DNA of 64,000 nucleotides from Octopus vulgaris (taxonomy: Eukaryota): contig OX597817.1 in assembly GCA_951406725.2 (NCBI GenBank), forward strand, positions 112,406,001 through 112,470,000, read 5' to 3'. The notes under the pieces are model-generated. The model did not search any database. It had not been told where the DNA came from and saw nothing but the letters and a program-made list of their open reading frames with translations. Within the stretch, counting starts at the first letter, position 1, and every line of letters begins with the position of its first letter. Below are positions 38,556-51,033 of this stretch, piece after piece. The translations under genes and the position numbers were made by a program.

Positions 38556-39525
38556 GTGGGTGGTTCCGTATGGGACAAAATAAAATTTATTTCCAGAGGG
38601 AAAAAGTTTGCCACGGTCGAAGTGAGGTTCGGCACAGTGGAGGAAGCTAGACTCCACTCAGTGGAACCTCTGAAGTCAGATGAGGTTTTCCTCCTGCCTA
38701 TATATATGGGCAGAAGGACCACAAAAGTAACGATCACAAGGATCCCTCCCGAAATAGAGCCCGAGAGACTGGTGGCGGCTGCAACCTCGGGCCTCAGGGA
38801 AAAAATAAATATAATCAGCGCGGTGGTGGAAGAGGCAAAATTCTGGGTCAGCCAGAAAGTAACTATCACACTGCAGGTCGAACCAGCCACCTTAGATGAG
38901 TTCACCGAGGTGATAGATATCGGTGACAACCGCCTGCCAGTCATGGTGGAAGGTCGCCAACCTAGGTGTTTCCTATGCGGAAAAAAGGGACACATCAGAA
39001 AAAAACTGCGAACCGGCAGGAATAGGCAGAACGGCAAAGCCCTCAACCTCTGCCGAAACCTCTGCTACTCCAGCAACAGTAGAACCAGCAACATCAACAC
39101 CAGAGGAGAAAGAAAGGGAGGGATGGACAGCCGCTGCTTCAGAAAGAAAGCACAGAAATCCATCCCCGGAAAAAGGAAAAGCCGAAGGAAGAAAACGGGA
39201 CATTAAAAAGGCAAAAAAGCCGGAGAACAGCAACAACGCTTTCGTCGCGATCCGGACGGTTGACAGCGAGGTGATGCGACGCGTAGAAACACAGCACCTA
39301 CAAGAGATAGAGGTGGAAGACCAGCTAAAGAAGGATCTAATAAAGATCTATAAAATAAATCACAAAGCCTATAATGTGCTGGCGAACGATTTCAGGAAGG
39401 ATGTGGGCCCTCTGCGGATGGAGGTCTCGAACCGCCTGTACGAGGGCCTGATCCAGCCGAACCCACGAGACCCGGTCGAAGAGGAGGCGGTTACCCCCCG
39501 CCCGAAATCAGAAGGAGCAAGGTAA
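38556..39525 (+). pseudogene. Tx1 ORF1 (gag-like, zinc knuckle), frameshifted in the A-run near 39000
   Basis: CFLCGKKGHIRK continues in another frame as KNCEPAG...SEGAR*. Confidence 0.8.
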
Positions 39526-39532
39526 GTGATTT

Positions 39533-42500
39533 ATGGCTGTTCAAGTAGGCTGTATAAATGTGCGTGGCCTGATGACGAACTGGAAACAGGGGCGTTTTCT
39601 GAATGACATCAGGTCACACAATTTAGATATTGTTGTAGCTACTGAAACTCGGTTAAAAGGGCCAAGAGATCTACTTCCGTTCCTAAATGGCTATGAGAGA
39701 TATATCTCTCCATGTCGGCAGGGGGGGGGCGGAAGTGGGGTGTTGGTCCTACTTAAAAGGAATAGAGTTTCGGAGAAAAAGGTGATTTTTGTTGACCCAG
39801 AGGGCAGACTGGTCGTTCTGGATCTGACATTCAGTTGTGGTAAGGAGATCAGGCTGGTGGCGGTGTACGCACCCCAAACACAGCAGACTGATTTCTTTCG
39901 GGCCCTGGAGAAATTTTTAGGGACGTCAAAATCCATAGTGATGCTAGTGGACTTTAACGCTATCGTCGATGCGTGTGTCGATAGTGGTGGCTCCAAAAAC
40001 ATTAGGACACCTAACAGTGGCTTCCGTGATCTGCTGAGTCGCTTCCAGCTAGTAGATCCATACAGAATGGAATTTCCGAACGCTCCATTGTGGACGTGGT
40101 CAAATAGCGACGGGTCTTCCAAATCTTATATAGATAGGATTCTCATTAGGAAACTAGACAAAGACATAGTTAAGTGTCCACTGTTCCACTTGGTCAGCTA
40201 CAGCGACCACAAGATGGTCACGAGTAAGCTGTACTTAGATAACGTATGTAGAAGAGGATCCGGTTACTGGAAACTCAATAAGTCCCTTCGGGCGATTGAG
40301 GAGTACAGAAACCGGATTAGGTTACTACACCAGAGGGCGTTAACCGGTTCCATTCTCAACAATAAATGGTGGTTAGCGCTCAAGAGAGCCATAAAATACG
40401 AGTCCATCAGATATAGCATAGGACTAGCAAAGAAAAGGCGTAAGAAAGAAGAGGGACTAGCTAAAGCTCTAGAAGAAGCCATAAGGTCTGGCGACGGGAC
40501 CCAAGTGCAAGCGAAGAGACTGGAATTGAACCAGCACCTCGAAGCCGAACACATGGGTTGTATCGTCAGGGCTAGAATCCGCGCAATGGGAAGCGAGGGT
40601 ACTAAGGCCGCTGGATGGGCACGAGTTGTGGAGGCTCAACACGGAAACGATTCCACAGTTAAGTCTGTGACGAACGAGAAGGGCGATGTGGTAAGCAAAC
40701 CAGAGGAGATGTCTCGAACCTTTCAGGAGCACTTCGCCCACCTTTTCGGGGGCGGGGGTGGTCCGGATGAAGGGGTGGACCTCACGGGCCTCCTCGCCGG
40801 GTTGCCGCGCCTCTCGGAGTGGGGGACGGAGAGCTGTGAAGGGTCAATCACACTTGAGGAGGTTACGGAGGCTATAGCTGACTGTGGCAAAGGTAAGGCA
40901 CCGGGACTCGATGGTTTACCCTACGAATTATATAGAAGTATGCCAGACTTGTTCGGGCCAATATTGGCCAGCGTCTTCGCGAACTGGAATCAGAATGGGA
41001 GGATCCCCAGATCTGTACGCCGGGGAGTGGTGACGCTGATAAGGAAAGACCCGGGCAAGGGGGGCAGAATAGATAATTTTAGGCCCATCACCCTGCTAAA
41101 CGCAGAGGTGAAGATTTTGGCCAAGTTATTGACGAAAAGGTTGACGCGTGTCGCGAAAGATCTGATCGGGGAGGCACAAACCTGTGCAGTCCCCAAAAGA
41201 ACTATTCAGGACAATCTTCACCTCATACGTTACACCATAGAAGGGTTTGAGAATAACACTGGCAAGGGTGGGGCACTGGTCCACTTAGACCAGAGTAAAG
41301 CATTCGATAGGGTAAACCATCGTTACCTGGTGTCTGTGCTCGCACAGTTCGGGCTGGGTGCTGGCTTCCTCGGGTGGATCACACAGCTATACGACAACAT
41401 CGACTCAATTGTACGGGTGAATGGTCTGCTTCCTAGGCCATTCCACATCAAACAGTCAGTTCGTCAAGGGTGTCCGCTCTCCCCGCTTTTATACGTGATG
41501 GCCCTCGAGCCATTACTGCGAAAGCTGAGCGTCATCCCGACGAACCCAGGAGGTGGAGGTTCTGTTACTGCGTATGCGGACGATATCACCATCATCGTGA
41601 CCGAGGTGGAACCCCTACAGAATGTAGGAAACACCATCAAGGAGTACGAGGCGGTGACAGGAGCAAAAATCAACCGGGAAAAGTCAGTCGGCTTGCAACT
41701 CGGCACCTGGGTTGGCAAGCCGATGCCTTCGAACAGCATCGTGGGATGCTGGACGGAGGGCCCGGTTAAATTGCTTAGGGGTCTGGTTTGGTCCAGGCCT
41801 CCAGATAGAAAAGAACTGGTCCGAGGTCACGAGCAAGGTGGCTCACGCGGTCAAGACTTGGTCTTGGCGGTGGCTATCCTTGAAAGGAAGGGCGGAGGTG
41901 GCCAATGTTTTCATGGCATCGGTCATCATATACCGCCTAACCGTCGTCCCCTGTCCGGATTCGTGGGTGATCAAGTTGGAGAGGCAAATCTTTCGCTTTT
42001 TGTGGAAAGGTTCCACTCCTCTTGTGAGACGTTCTATCTGTTGTCAAAAACCGTTAAAGGGTGGGTTAGGGATGCCTTGGCTGTTGATGCGCAGACATGC
42101 GCTGAGGTTAAGGCATCTTTAGCTCTACATGGAAGGTGAACGGGTGTGGTCCCCGCTCGCAAAACGGACGTTCCCCAGCTTTGCCAGTTTTGGTGGTAGA
42201 GAAACCTAGTTTCGTCGCAGACTAAGATCAAGTATGTGGTATTCGGAGTGCCGGAAGGCTCTCGTACGCTTCCGCAGCTCGGGCAATGCCGGTGGGCTTT
42301 GGTACAACCGCAGCGTTCTATAGCAGGTTGGTAGAGGCCGGAAATGACGATACTCTGGGAAGGACCCTGGGTCTCGATGGTAATCAGTTGGACAGCCTGT
42401 TCCAAAGGACATTCAGACCAGGGACGCTGGATAACTTTCAGAAGTCCCTGGCCTGGCAGTGTTACAGAGGAGCCTTACCCGTTCAAGATAAACTCACAAG

Positions 42501-42927
42501 GCATGGTCACAGTGGACCTTCGGCCTGTCCAAGATGCGGACAGGATGTGGAAACAGTCCTGCACGCCATTGTTAAATGTCCGGAGATTTCGGAAGTGTGG
42601 GTTTATGCCGAACACCTATTGTCGGACGAGGGAAAAGTACAGCTGTCGTCTGAGTCAATCTTTATAATTGACCCGCCTGGTTTCATGACGAACGAAGGTA
42701 AGCATTGCTTTCTCGTGATAGTAGCAGTTGCGAAAGAGGTTATATGGAAGACTAGAGTGAAAGGTATAATGTCAGACACCATGATCTCTGGCACCGCCCT
42801 AACGAACTCCTTCAGGTTCCATCTGAAGAGGAAGGTGGAGCTAGAGAAAAGGTGTCTGACAAAGTCTATATTCAAAAAAAGATGGATGCATGTAGCACGG
42901 ATGCTGGGTGTGAAAGGCCCTGCATGA
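39533..42927 (+). pseudogene. Tx1 ORF2 (AP endonuclease, RT, zf-RVT) with frameshifts or stops near 41775 and 42120-42290
   Basis: CINVRGL, ETRL, VYAP, DFNA, YIDRI, SDHK, KAPGLDG, RPITLLN, LDQSKAFDRV, VRQGCPLSPLLY, AYADD, GGLGMP and CPRCG...ETVLHA. Confidence 0.9.
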
Positions 42928-43194
42928 ACACGCCATGATCACCTGCCAAAAGGTTTCAGCTGAAATGACAGGGCTCGTGGGGTCGGCTACCCTGTTCTTT
43001 TAACTTCATTTGTCTCTTTTTGTTTGTTAGTTCTTATTCGATTTCATTTTCATTATAACTCCATTGTAAATAACCCATCCGATTTCACTGTAAATAATCC
43101 ATCCGATTTCATTGTAAAAAGTTCCATTTTTGACCCCAAATCATTGTATTGTCCCCATCTGTGTTAATCCTTATGGATAATAAAGAAATTGGTT

Positions 43195-43458
43195 CTGCAT
43201 TTGGAGATCAATTTTTGTCTCTGGTAGAGCTAGCCAGAGTGTTATGCTACTGTTCCCAACAAAAGCTTGCTGGTACAGATTGATAAGATATGGTCGGTAA
43301 AATGTTGGCTTCTTGTACCAATATCCAACAATCAAGTCTCTTCCAAGTGCTTTTCCATTCAGGAGTTTCTGGATCACAGTTGCAAGAGTTTCGTCAGCAA
43401 TGTTGTATGTCTTGGATGTAACGCAGAGCAATAACTTTTTCGGATTTCTTCCAGCCAC
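43195..43458 (-). mobile_element. R4/Dong-like LINE RT N-terminal fragment
   Basis: IQKLLNGKALGRDLIVGYWYKK resembles KAPGPD.I.G.W.K. Confidence 0.55.
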
Positions 43459-43714
43459 ATATGTATGTATGCATGCATGCATGTATGTATGTATGTATGT
43501 ATGTATGTATGTATGTATGTATGTATGTATGTATGTATGTATGTATGTATGTATGTATGTATGCATGCATGCATGCATGTATGTATGTATGTTTATTTAT
43601 CCGAGTGTGTGTGATTGTGTATAGAAGAATATATTAATCATTGAAATTTCAACTAAGTCTGATTTTTACGTTTTATCATTTGAAATGTTTACAATATTTT
43701 TTTTCTTCTCTCAG

Positions 43715-44316
43715 CACAAGGCCAGAAATTTTTGGGAGGGGCTCAGTCGATTAGATCGACCACAGTACGCAACTGGCACTTAATTTATCGACCCCGAAAG
43801 AATAAAAGGCAAAGTGGACCTCGGCGGAATTTGAACTCAGAACGTAAAGACAGACAAAATACCGCTAAGCATTTCGCTCAGCGTGCTAACGTTTCTTATT
43901 TCTTTATTGCCCACAAGGGGCCAAACATAGAGGGGACAAACAAGGACAGACAAACGGATTAAGTCGGTTACACCGATCCCAGTGCGTAAAGGGTACTTAA
44001 TTTATCGACCCCGAAAGGATGAAAAGCAAAGTCGACCTCGGCGCAATTTGAACTCAGAACCTAACGGCAGACGAAATACCTATTTCTATTTCTTTACTAC
44101 CCACAAGGGGCTAAACACAGAGAGGACAAACAAGGACAGACAAACGGATTAAGTCGATTATATCGACCCCAGTGCGTAACTGGTACTTAATTTATCGACC
44201 CCGAAAGGATGAAAGGCAAAGTCGACCTCGGCGGAATTTGAACTCAGAACGTTACGGCGGACAAAATACCGCTATGCATTTCGCCCGGCGTGCTAACGTT
44301 TCTGCCAGCTCGCCGC
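43715..44316 (-). repeat. SINE concatemer (2-3 units)
   Basis: Same unit and same gaaatacc|tatttc junction (about 44073-44090) as the 34840 array. Confidence 0.85.
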
Positions 44317-44884
44317 TTCACAATTTTACAACACTGAAACAAAAATTGTTAATAGGAAAAAAAATTTACGATAAAATAATTGTAAAACTTTCAAATAATA
44401 AAACGGGAAAATCAGACTTAGTTGGAATTTCATTGATGGCTATACGTAAGTAAGTATGTATGTATGTATGTATGTATGTATGTATGTATGTATGTATGTA
44501 TGTATGTATGTATGTATGTATGGTTTAAAAATTGTATGGTTTGTAGTTTGCTGGTAAATCGCGTTCACTGGCTTTACTGTTCGTTGAGTATTTGATTAAT
44601 GAGAGAGACGGAAGATAGGAGAATCTTTATTGATTACTACAATTGTTTCGACCCACCTAGCATCGACCCCTTGTGGTTGGGATACAAATATACAATACAG
44701 GTAGATTATTGTAATTTTAGTATATCGTTATTATACACCCAGTAAGTTGACCTGCCAACTTTTGTTATTTCTGATTGAAGGAGACGGCTGGAACAGCACT
44801 TTAAACACATCCTACTAAAACATTTCTTGTCACGGCCGACTAGGTTGCAGAATGTGACCAAATGAAGTGCATTTTTCTAGATAG

Positions 44885-45200
44885 TCCCCCTTAGGGTCCA
44901 TACACTTCTTCCAGGTTTTGGATCTCATTTATGATGAAGCTTTTTTCATGTTGGTCAAAAAGTCATCATCAGCAGAAATGATGTCATCATCACTACGATA
45001 CTGGTCCTCATCCAAGTGTTTTTTTCATGCTGGGAAACAGAGATTATAGTCAGATGGGGGCACATCAGGAGAATAGGGATCGCCAGTTCAAAACCATAGT
45101 CATGCACAGCAGCCATTGAAACCCAGGACTTGTGTGCTGGAGCATTGTCCTGATGAAACACGATCCCTTTCCTCAGTTTTCCTGGGGGTTTGGTCTGGTA
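44885..45200 (-). mobile_element. Mariner transposase fragment
   Basis: KLRKGIVFHQDNAPAHKS...HDYGFEL followed by a broken PYSPDxxPSDY. Confidence 0.8.
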
Positions 45201-45244
45201 TAGCTCTACTGTCACCACCCATAACAGCTCCAGTCGGCAGGGGC

Positions 45245-46230
45245 ATCAAAAAGACGACACCGTCTTTCCAAATATCTTTACTGCATGTATCGAAATCATC
45301 TTCAGAGATAATGATTGAAAAGATGTCACCATCAACAGCGAGCTTCTAACACATCTCCCATTTGCAGAAAACATTTTTCTCGTCACTAAAACCCACGGCC
45401 GGATTAAGACCCATGGAGGTTCTAAGCACTTGAAAGGTTTTGGTGTCCTCATGTATATGTAAAAGGTTCAAAATGTAAACAAAAATAATTCAAAATGTAA
45501 ACAATAATAAACCATAAAATAAATTTTTGTTTTCCAAAATGAAACAATATTCACGGTAAGATGGAAAATAATGTTTATTTTTGTATGCTTTCACTTATAT
45601 TTGAAACGTCTTCTCCTTCGTGTTCGATGTAATCGTTAAAATTAATTTTACGTAAAACTCTTGCCTCTGTACTTAGTAGAGATAAGGTATTATGAATATT
45701 ATTTTAGCAAGTTTAAAGTGATTTCTTTCGTGCCGTAAACCATTTTCATTTCTGCTGTGCCCCCGTCCCTTGATGCCCTAAGCACGTGCTTATTTTGTTC
45801 AATGGGTTAATCCAGCGCAGCTAAAACCTCAGACCATGCTGACTGAGCAAGAACCCAAAGTTCAACAGTAGACCTCATAATAAACTGCATGAAAACAAAA
45901 TGCATGCGGACCGAAAGTGTATCACAAGGCTGAATAGTGACTGAAAGCTTTAAAATTGAAGCGGTGTAGGAGTATGCGTATTTAAGATAGAGATTTGATG
46001 TCTACCGAGACATGAGCTGGAATTTTGTGAAGAGTAAGAGCAAAAACAGAAGGCATTTGCTTCAATTAAAGATCTACTCAAGCGTGGCTGGACAAAGCTC
46101 TGCGCGCTAATCTCTGCAATAACAGAGTTCTACATGCGCTCTAATTCCCAAATAAGACATGCGCTACATCGGCTAGTTACAACAGGTAGAGCCATGAAAA
46201 GAGTTATGCTAGAAATATCATCTCTAAAAC
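45245..46230 (+). mobile_element. Decayed RTE LINE fragment split by a hAT MITE
   Basis: PNIFTACIE...INSELLTHLPFAENI.LV, resuming after 45828. Confidence 0.55.
45394..45820. mobile_element. hAT (Tip100-like) MITE
   Basis: 8-bp TSD ctaaaacc (45386-45393 and 45821-45828); imperfect TIRs cacggccggattaa and ttaatccagcgcag. Confidence 0.75.
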
Positions 46231-46309
46231 TGTTGGAAAATTCGGACCCAAACTGAAGAGAAGGGTGCAACCAAAGGAAGAATAGAAGTGCATTGTGACC
46301 CGGATATAC

Positions 46310-47417
46310 CGTATATACTCGTGTAAAAGTCGAATTTTTAAGAGCATTTTTCAAGGTCAAATTTATGAGATCGACTATTACATGGATACTACTTTTGAGG
46401 GGCTGAAATTCAAGCTAGAATCCGAAATACCGTATCAGCAGCAGAAGCCCAACTGATCTCTAAGCGAATAAAAACAAAAACACAATGAATTACAGTGATA
46501 TCACCAATTCTCGGCATCAAAACACGCATCCTAATAAATAACAAAACCCATAAAAAAGAACACGTAGCTCTCATGTCCAGTTACCAGTAAATGTCCATAA
46601 TGTGGTATAGAGTTGTTAATCTGGAGCAGGGATGCTCAAAATGTGTTCTGAAAAATCTCAGCATTCCCTGGATATTATCAGGGGTCCCACGTTTTTAAAA
46701 ATAATGTCGAAGGATTCTGCGGCAAAATAAGTTTGGAAACCACTGAACCAACGATTAACTAAATGTTTTTAGGCTTACCGAAGTCATACCTCTGTACGAA
46801 TTCATACAGTGGTGTTTGCTGTTGGTCGCCGATAGTGCTGTCTGTGAAACACGTTTCTCACCGTGTAAATAGACGAGCGTATGATGCATGTATTTATTTT
46901 GTTTGGAAATGACGAAAATATAATGGTCGCGTGGGAATCACTGATCCAGCGATTAACTGAATGGTTTTAGGCTTATCAAAGTAATGCCATTGTACGAATT
47001 CAGACAGTGGCGTTTGCCAGTGTTCGCCAATAATGTTGTTTGTGAAACACATTCCTCTCCATGTAAACAACGAGTGTATGATACATATGTTTATTGTGCT
47101 TTGAGATGTATGCAGGCTTGCGACATATCCTGAGCAAACATTTTAGTAGTGGTAATGTAGCACCCATCACCAGATGTGTAGTGCTCGCTATTAAATGGTA
47201 TCCATTATAAGCACCAGGCATTCCACCTCTAGAACAGGCTACAGTAAGGTAGCCACACAATTTTGTAACTGTTATTTCTACGTACAGGATAATATGGTAC
47301 CTTGGCCCACAAATGTTGTCCTGTTGTTCGTAAAATATTAGGGCCAATTTTTTGGCCCCAAATGGGGGGGTCGACTTTTAAATGAGACTGAATCGACTAT
47401 TACTCGTGTATATATAT
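46310..47417. mobile_element. Tc2/pogo-like non-autonomous element with an internal 200-bp tandem duplication
   Basis: Ends ccgtatatactcgtgtaaaagtcga and tcgactattactcgtgtatata. The segment near 46745-46900 is repeated near 46942-47095. Confidence 0.55.
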
Positions 47418-47512
<95 letters not shown>

Positions 47513-47516
<4 letters not shown>

Positions 47517-47915
47517 GTGCGGTGAATAAATTGCTGTCTACACTGACTTCTCATTTTAACACGTATATTTACCAATATTACATAAAAATATCTTGAAATA
47601 CTAACAAGTAAATTTATTAAATAAAATCGTCATAGGCTTCAACCACAACCTCCAGACAACCTCGGAATCTCCTGCAACTCTTTTGGACGTTCTCCTTGTT
47701 TAAGTTGGTGAATCCTTGCCTTCAGTTCATGTTTGGTGTTACAAGGAGTCTTGTTAGTTCCTCGCTCAACAGCACCGCACACATAATAATCAAGGGGGTT
47801 GCAATCTAGGGAGTTAGGTGGACAGGTGTTAGAGGTGGTGTGGTCGCAGATATTGTCTGACAGCCATGACTATGTTCTCCTGCTTGTATGACATGGTGCA
47901 GAGTCCTGTTGCCAA
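47513..47915 (-). mobile_element. Tc1/maT transposase 3' fragment
   Basis: cagggtg terminus; CPPNSLDCNPLDYYVCGAVERGTNKTPCNTK is related to the 4358 element. Confidence 0.75.
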
Positions 47916-47917
47916 AA

Positions 47918-48570
47918 AGATTATGTTGGAAGTACAGGAAATTCTATCCACCGCCGCTGTACAGTGCACCAGCAACAAATAGCTTCACCACAATATCGCC
48001 AGATATATCTCAGCGAACGTATTGACTTATGTGCTAAACAATTGCGACCACAGTTCTATATATTTCCTCTGTTCAAATTTGCTGACTGGATCTCAACACA
48101 AGCTCGTCTTAATAAAGAAGCCTCATTCATCCAGAAATATAAACCAGAACTGAACATTAATTCATTTTAGTAACAACCAACCCCCACTAGAACAGAACAA
48201 CTATCAATTCTTCTCTCCACCCTTGAAGTATTTGTAAATAACTCCCTAATACTTGTGTATATATCTCACATATCTGTATAATTAAGAATATCAGTCCAAA
48301 GACCCTAACAATACTTTGAAAGTAACTTGTAATTTTCAGATAAATTGAATAGTTACATCCCTTGATTGCAAAAATTATTGCCAACAACAAAAATGGCGTT
48401 CCCATGAATTAAAACTGAGACTTTGGAAGTTTGATAAGCGTAAGACGCGAAACCGGTACGTCCAGTTTATTTTATTATATAATGTTGTAATACAACTCTT
48501 TATTCCATTATGATATTAATATTTGCATAAATTTTATATACAAACCTCCTGGGCGTTTTTACATATTTTT
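47918..48570 (+). mobile_element. Penelope-like element 3' fragment (GIY-YIG tail and pseudo-LTR)
   Basis: YVGSTG...VHQQQI...YRQI.LS..ID.CA.QL.P.F.IFPL.KF...E...I.KY.P.LN aligns with the end of the 10016 ORF. Confidence 0.8.
48424..48464 (+). ncRNA. Minimal hammerhead ribozyme motif, U3-A8 core
   Basis: tggaagt TTGATAA gcgt-aag-acgc GAAAC cg GTA cgtcca; stem I is imperfect. Confidence 0.65.
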
Positions 48571-48573
48571 TCT

Positions 48574-48605
<32 letters not shown>

Positions 48606-48620
48606 TATATATATATACAT

Positions 48621-48845
48621 AATTCATGCAGACGATCGTTTCGGTCACAGATACAAAAATAATGCAAATTCATGGCTGAATTGAATTAAATTCAATAAAA
48701 TAAATAAATAATATATCAATGTACTTGCACTGAAGAGTGCAATGATATATATAATTAATTAATTTATTTAATTAATTTAATTTAATTCAATCATGAATTT
48801 GCATTATTTTTATATCTCTGTACAAAACGATCGTCTGCATGAATT
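48621..48845. repeat. Fold-back inverted repeat containing a hammerhead motif with extended stem II loop
   Basis: aattcatgcagacgatcgtttc... mirrors ...aaacgatcgtctgcatgaatt. The motif reads tgca CTGAAGA gtgca [about 77 nt AT-rich] tgtac aAAAC gatc GTC tgca (48726-48839), and the inverted arm keeps an intact GAAAC. Confidence 0.8.
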
Positions 48846-49076
48846 AAAATTTTCTTATATTTTTTAACAACTTGTCTTCTCCATTTTTAGCTAAATTGTT
48901 CAGTTTTACAGGATTTCTTTCATAAATTCATTATACATTATATACAAGTACTACTTTCATATTTTCGCAAAGTTACGCCTGTAAACTACCAGCAAAATAT
49001 GAAGAATCAACATTAGAAATCTTTTTGGGAAACCTCCAAATTAAAAGGACGAATCTGCATTCAACCTTTTTACACC

Positions 49077-49113
<37 letters not shown>

Positions 49114-49209
49114 CCATAGTAACTTGTGTGTATCAAAAAAGATAGCAGTCAGATGGACATAATTGCATGTGTACCCAAGTGTGCCTGCGCGCGCATACCT
49201 ATATTCATA

Positions 49210-49271
<62 letters not shown>

Positions 49272-49778
49272 ACACACATACATACATACGTAAGTGATGG
49301 AAAATATTTCAGTGGGGCATTCAGCAGACATGTGCATGCATTTGTTTACATTTATATATTTACAAATAGCCACAAAAGAAACAGAGATTAGAATTCCTCT
49401 ATAAATATTTTACAATAACGTAATGTTTCCAATCCTAACCTTTCTAAAATATCCAGTTCAGAATTTCTCAAAAGGAATCTATTAACACTAGACCAATGAT
49501 GTGTTGCTGATTGAATAGTATTATATTTAAACATGCTTTTGTGAATCTTAAGATGTCAATAGGATCAACTTTATATACAAAGAAAATGAATCACAAGAAA
49601 AATATCAACCAACATAAATCGTGACTTAAGTACTACATGTCATTTGACTCCTTCACTTTTCACACTCACTGAACCCTAAACTACAACAAAATTCACTCCC
49701 AAACTAGATTAACTGTTTCTACCGTATCTTTCTCTCATACATTCACTCACACATACGACGGGCTTCTTTCAGATATGA

Positions 49779-50827
49779 GGTGACGAGAATGGTTCTTTTG
49801 TACCACATCACGCGATCGTTACAATAAAGAGAAATTGAATAGAACAAATATACAGATGGAAAGAGACACAACCGCGTAAGAATGATTAAAAGAACATCTA
49901 TTGATATGATAACATGTGTGTCTGTGTGTGCGTCATGTATACAGAAATTGACATGCTGTCATGAGAACAAAATGTATGTGTGTGTGTGTAGGCATAGATG
50001 TATCCCGTGATAAGTACATTTAAGGATGGCAATGAAGATGACAGTGAAAGGGTCTATAGCCATCGAAGTGAGAAGTAAGCTCATAGACACAAGAAAGATA
50101 ATAATACCAGTTCGTAGTCAGTTGTACACGGTAGCTGAAATACTGTAGCGAGAAGTTGCGGCAATGATGCTGAACAGGTACATGTTGTACGTGAAGTCGT
50201 GGCTGTGATGCTGCTGCCTGGGTCACTTGTACTGGAGTTCATGCAGGTTGTATATTCGCTGTTGATCCGTAGGGAAATAATTCACGAACAGTGAACTGTT
50301 AGAACCTGGGTGAATTGCTTGCTGAGATGTGTACGTAGAGAGATGATGTTGACGACGTTAAGAAGGAATGCTGGTGGCGACGAAGGAGGCTATTCGTTGA
50401 ATGTCATGGTGACGAAGCTGGTAAGTCTCAACGTAGTTGCTGAGGTAATGTTGTCGCTGGAACTGGCTGTGTCTTTGTGGTCAGTGGCTAGAGCTTAAAA
50501 GGTCTGGAACCAAAGACACCGGAACGAGGAAAAGCCGAGTTTTTATATGGAGCTGTAGGCTAAAGCAGGGCAGTGAACAGGCTGTCTCATGTGATCCTAT
50601 TTAGAGCCTCTGACTGGTTATCCGCGGAAGGTTGGCACAACCGAGTAAGAGACAAATTGCGCTAAGAGTAAGAGACTAATTGACAATTGCGCCAATACCA
50701 ACCAATCAGAGTAGTGGATACAACGTGATCCAAATTAGTGGCCAAAGGCTAGCTGTTCCCTGCTACATTCGAATGCACCTATATATAATAAATGGGAGAG
50801 AGGAATGTCACCCGAGTCTACGTTACA
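49779..50827 (-). mobile_element. Solo LTR related to 17549-18644
   Basis: Reverse strand starts tgtaacgtagac and shares tttattatatata...cattcgaa.gtagcag...cagctagcctttggcc...ccactactctgattggttggtattggc and gacacagccagttccagcg. No clear TSD. Confidence 0.8.
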
Positions 50828-51033
50828 CTCTTTTTTATTCCTCTTCCTACACAATCACTTCCACTATCAGCTACATCACACTTTATTCTGTCAAAGGAAG
50901 AACCTGCCAAAAACTATATAAGGCCAGAAAGAACCTAAGTAAGCCATATTCTGATGACAGAAAGGAAGCCAATTGAGGAAATGTAGTAAATTAATAAGAG
51001 ATATCAGCTATATGGCTGGTTGTAAATATTCTG

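Larger units (their letters stand above)
38520..43190 (+). mobile_element. Near-full-length L1/Tx1-clade LINE with frameshifts
   Basis: ORF1 with CCHC knuckle, ORF2 with APE, RT and zf-RVT, T-rich 3' UTR with a 24-bp duplication, ending aataaagaaatt. Confidence 0.93.

Noticed and set aside
44625-44750. Half-hammerhead cgaaacaattgta on the minus strand
   Set aside because: No recognisable CUGANGA or UUGANAA partner was found.
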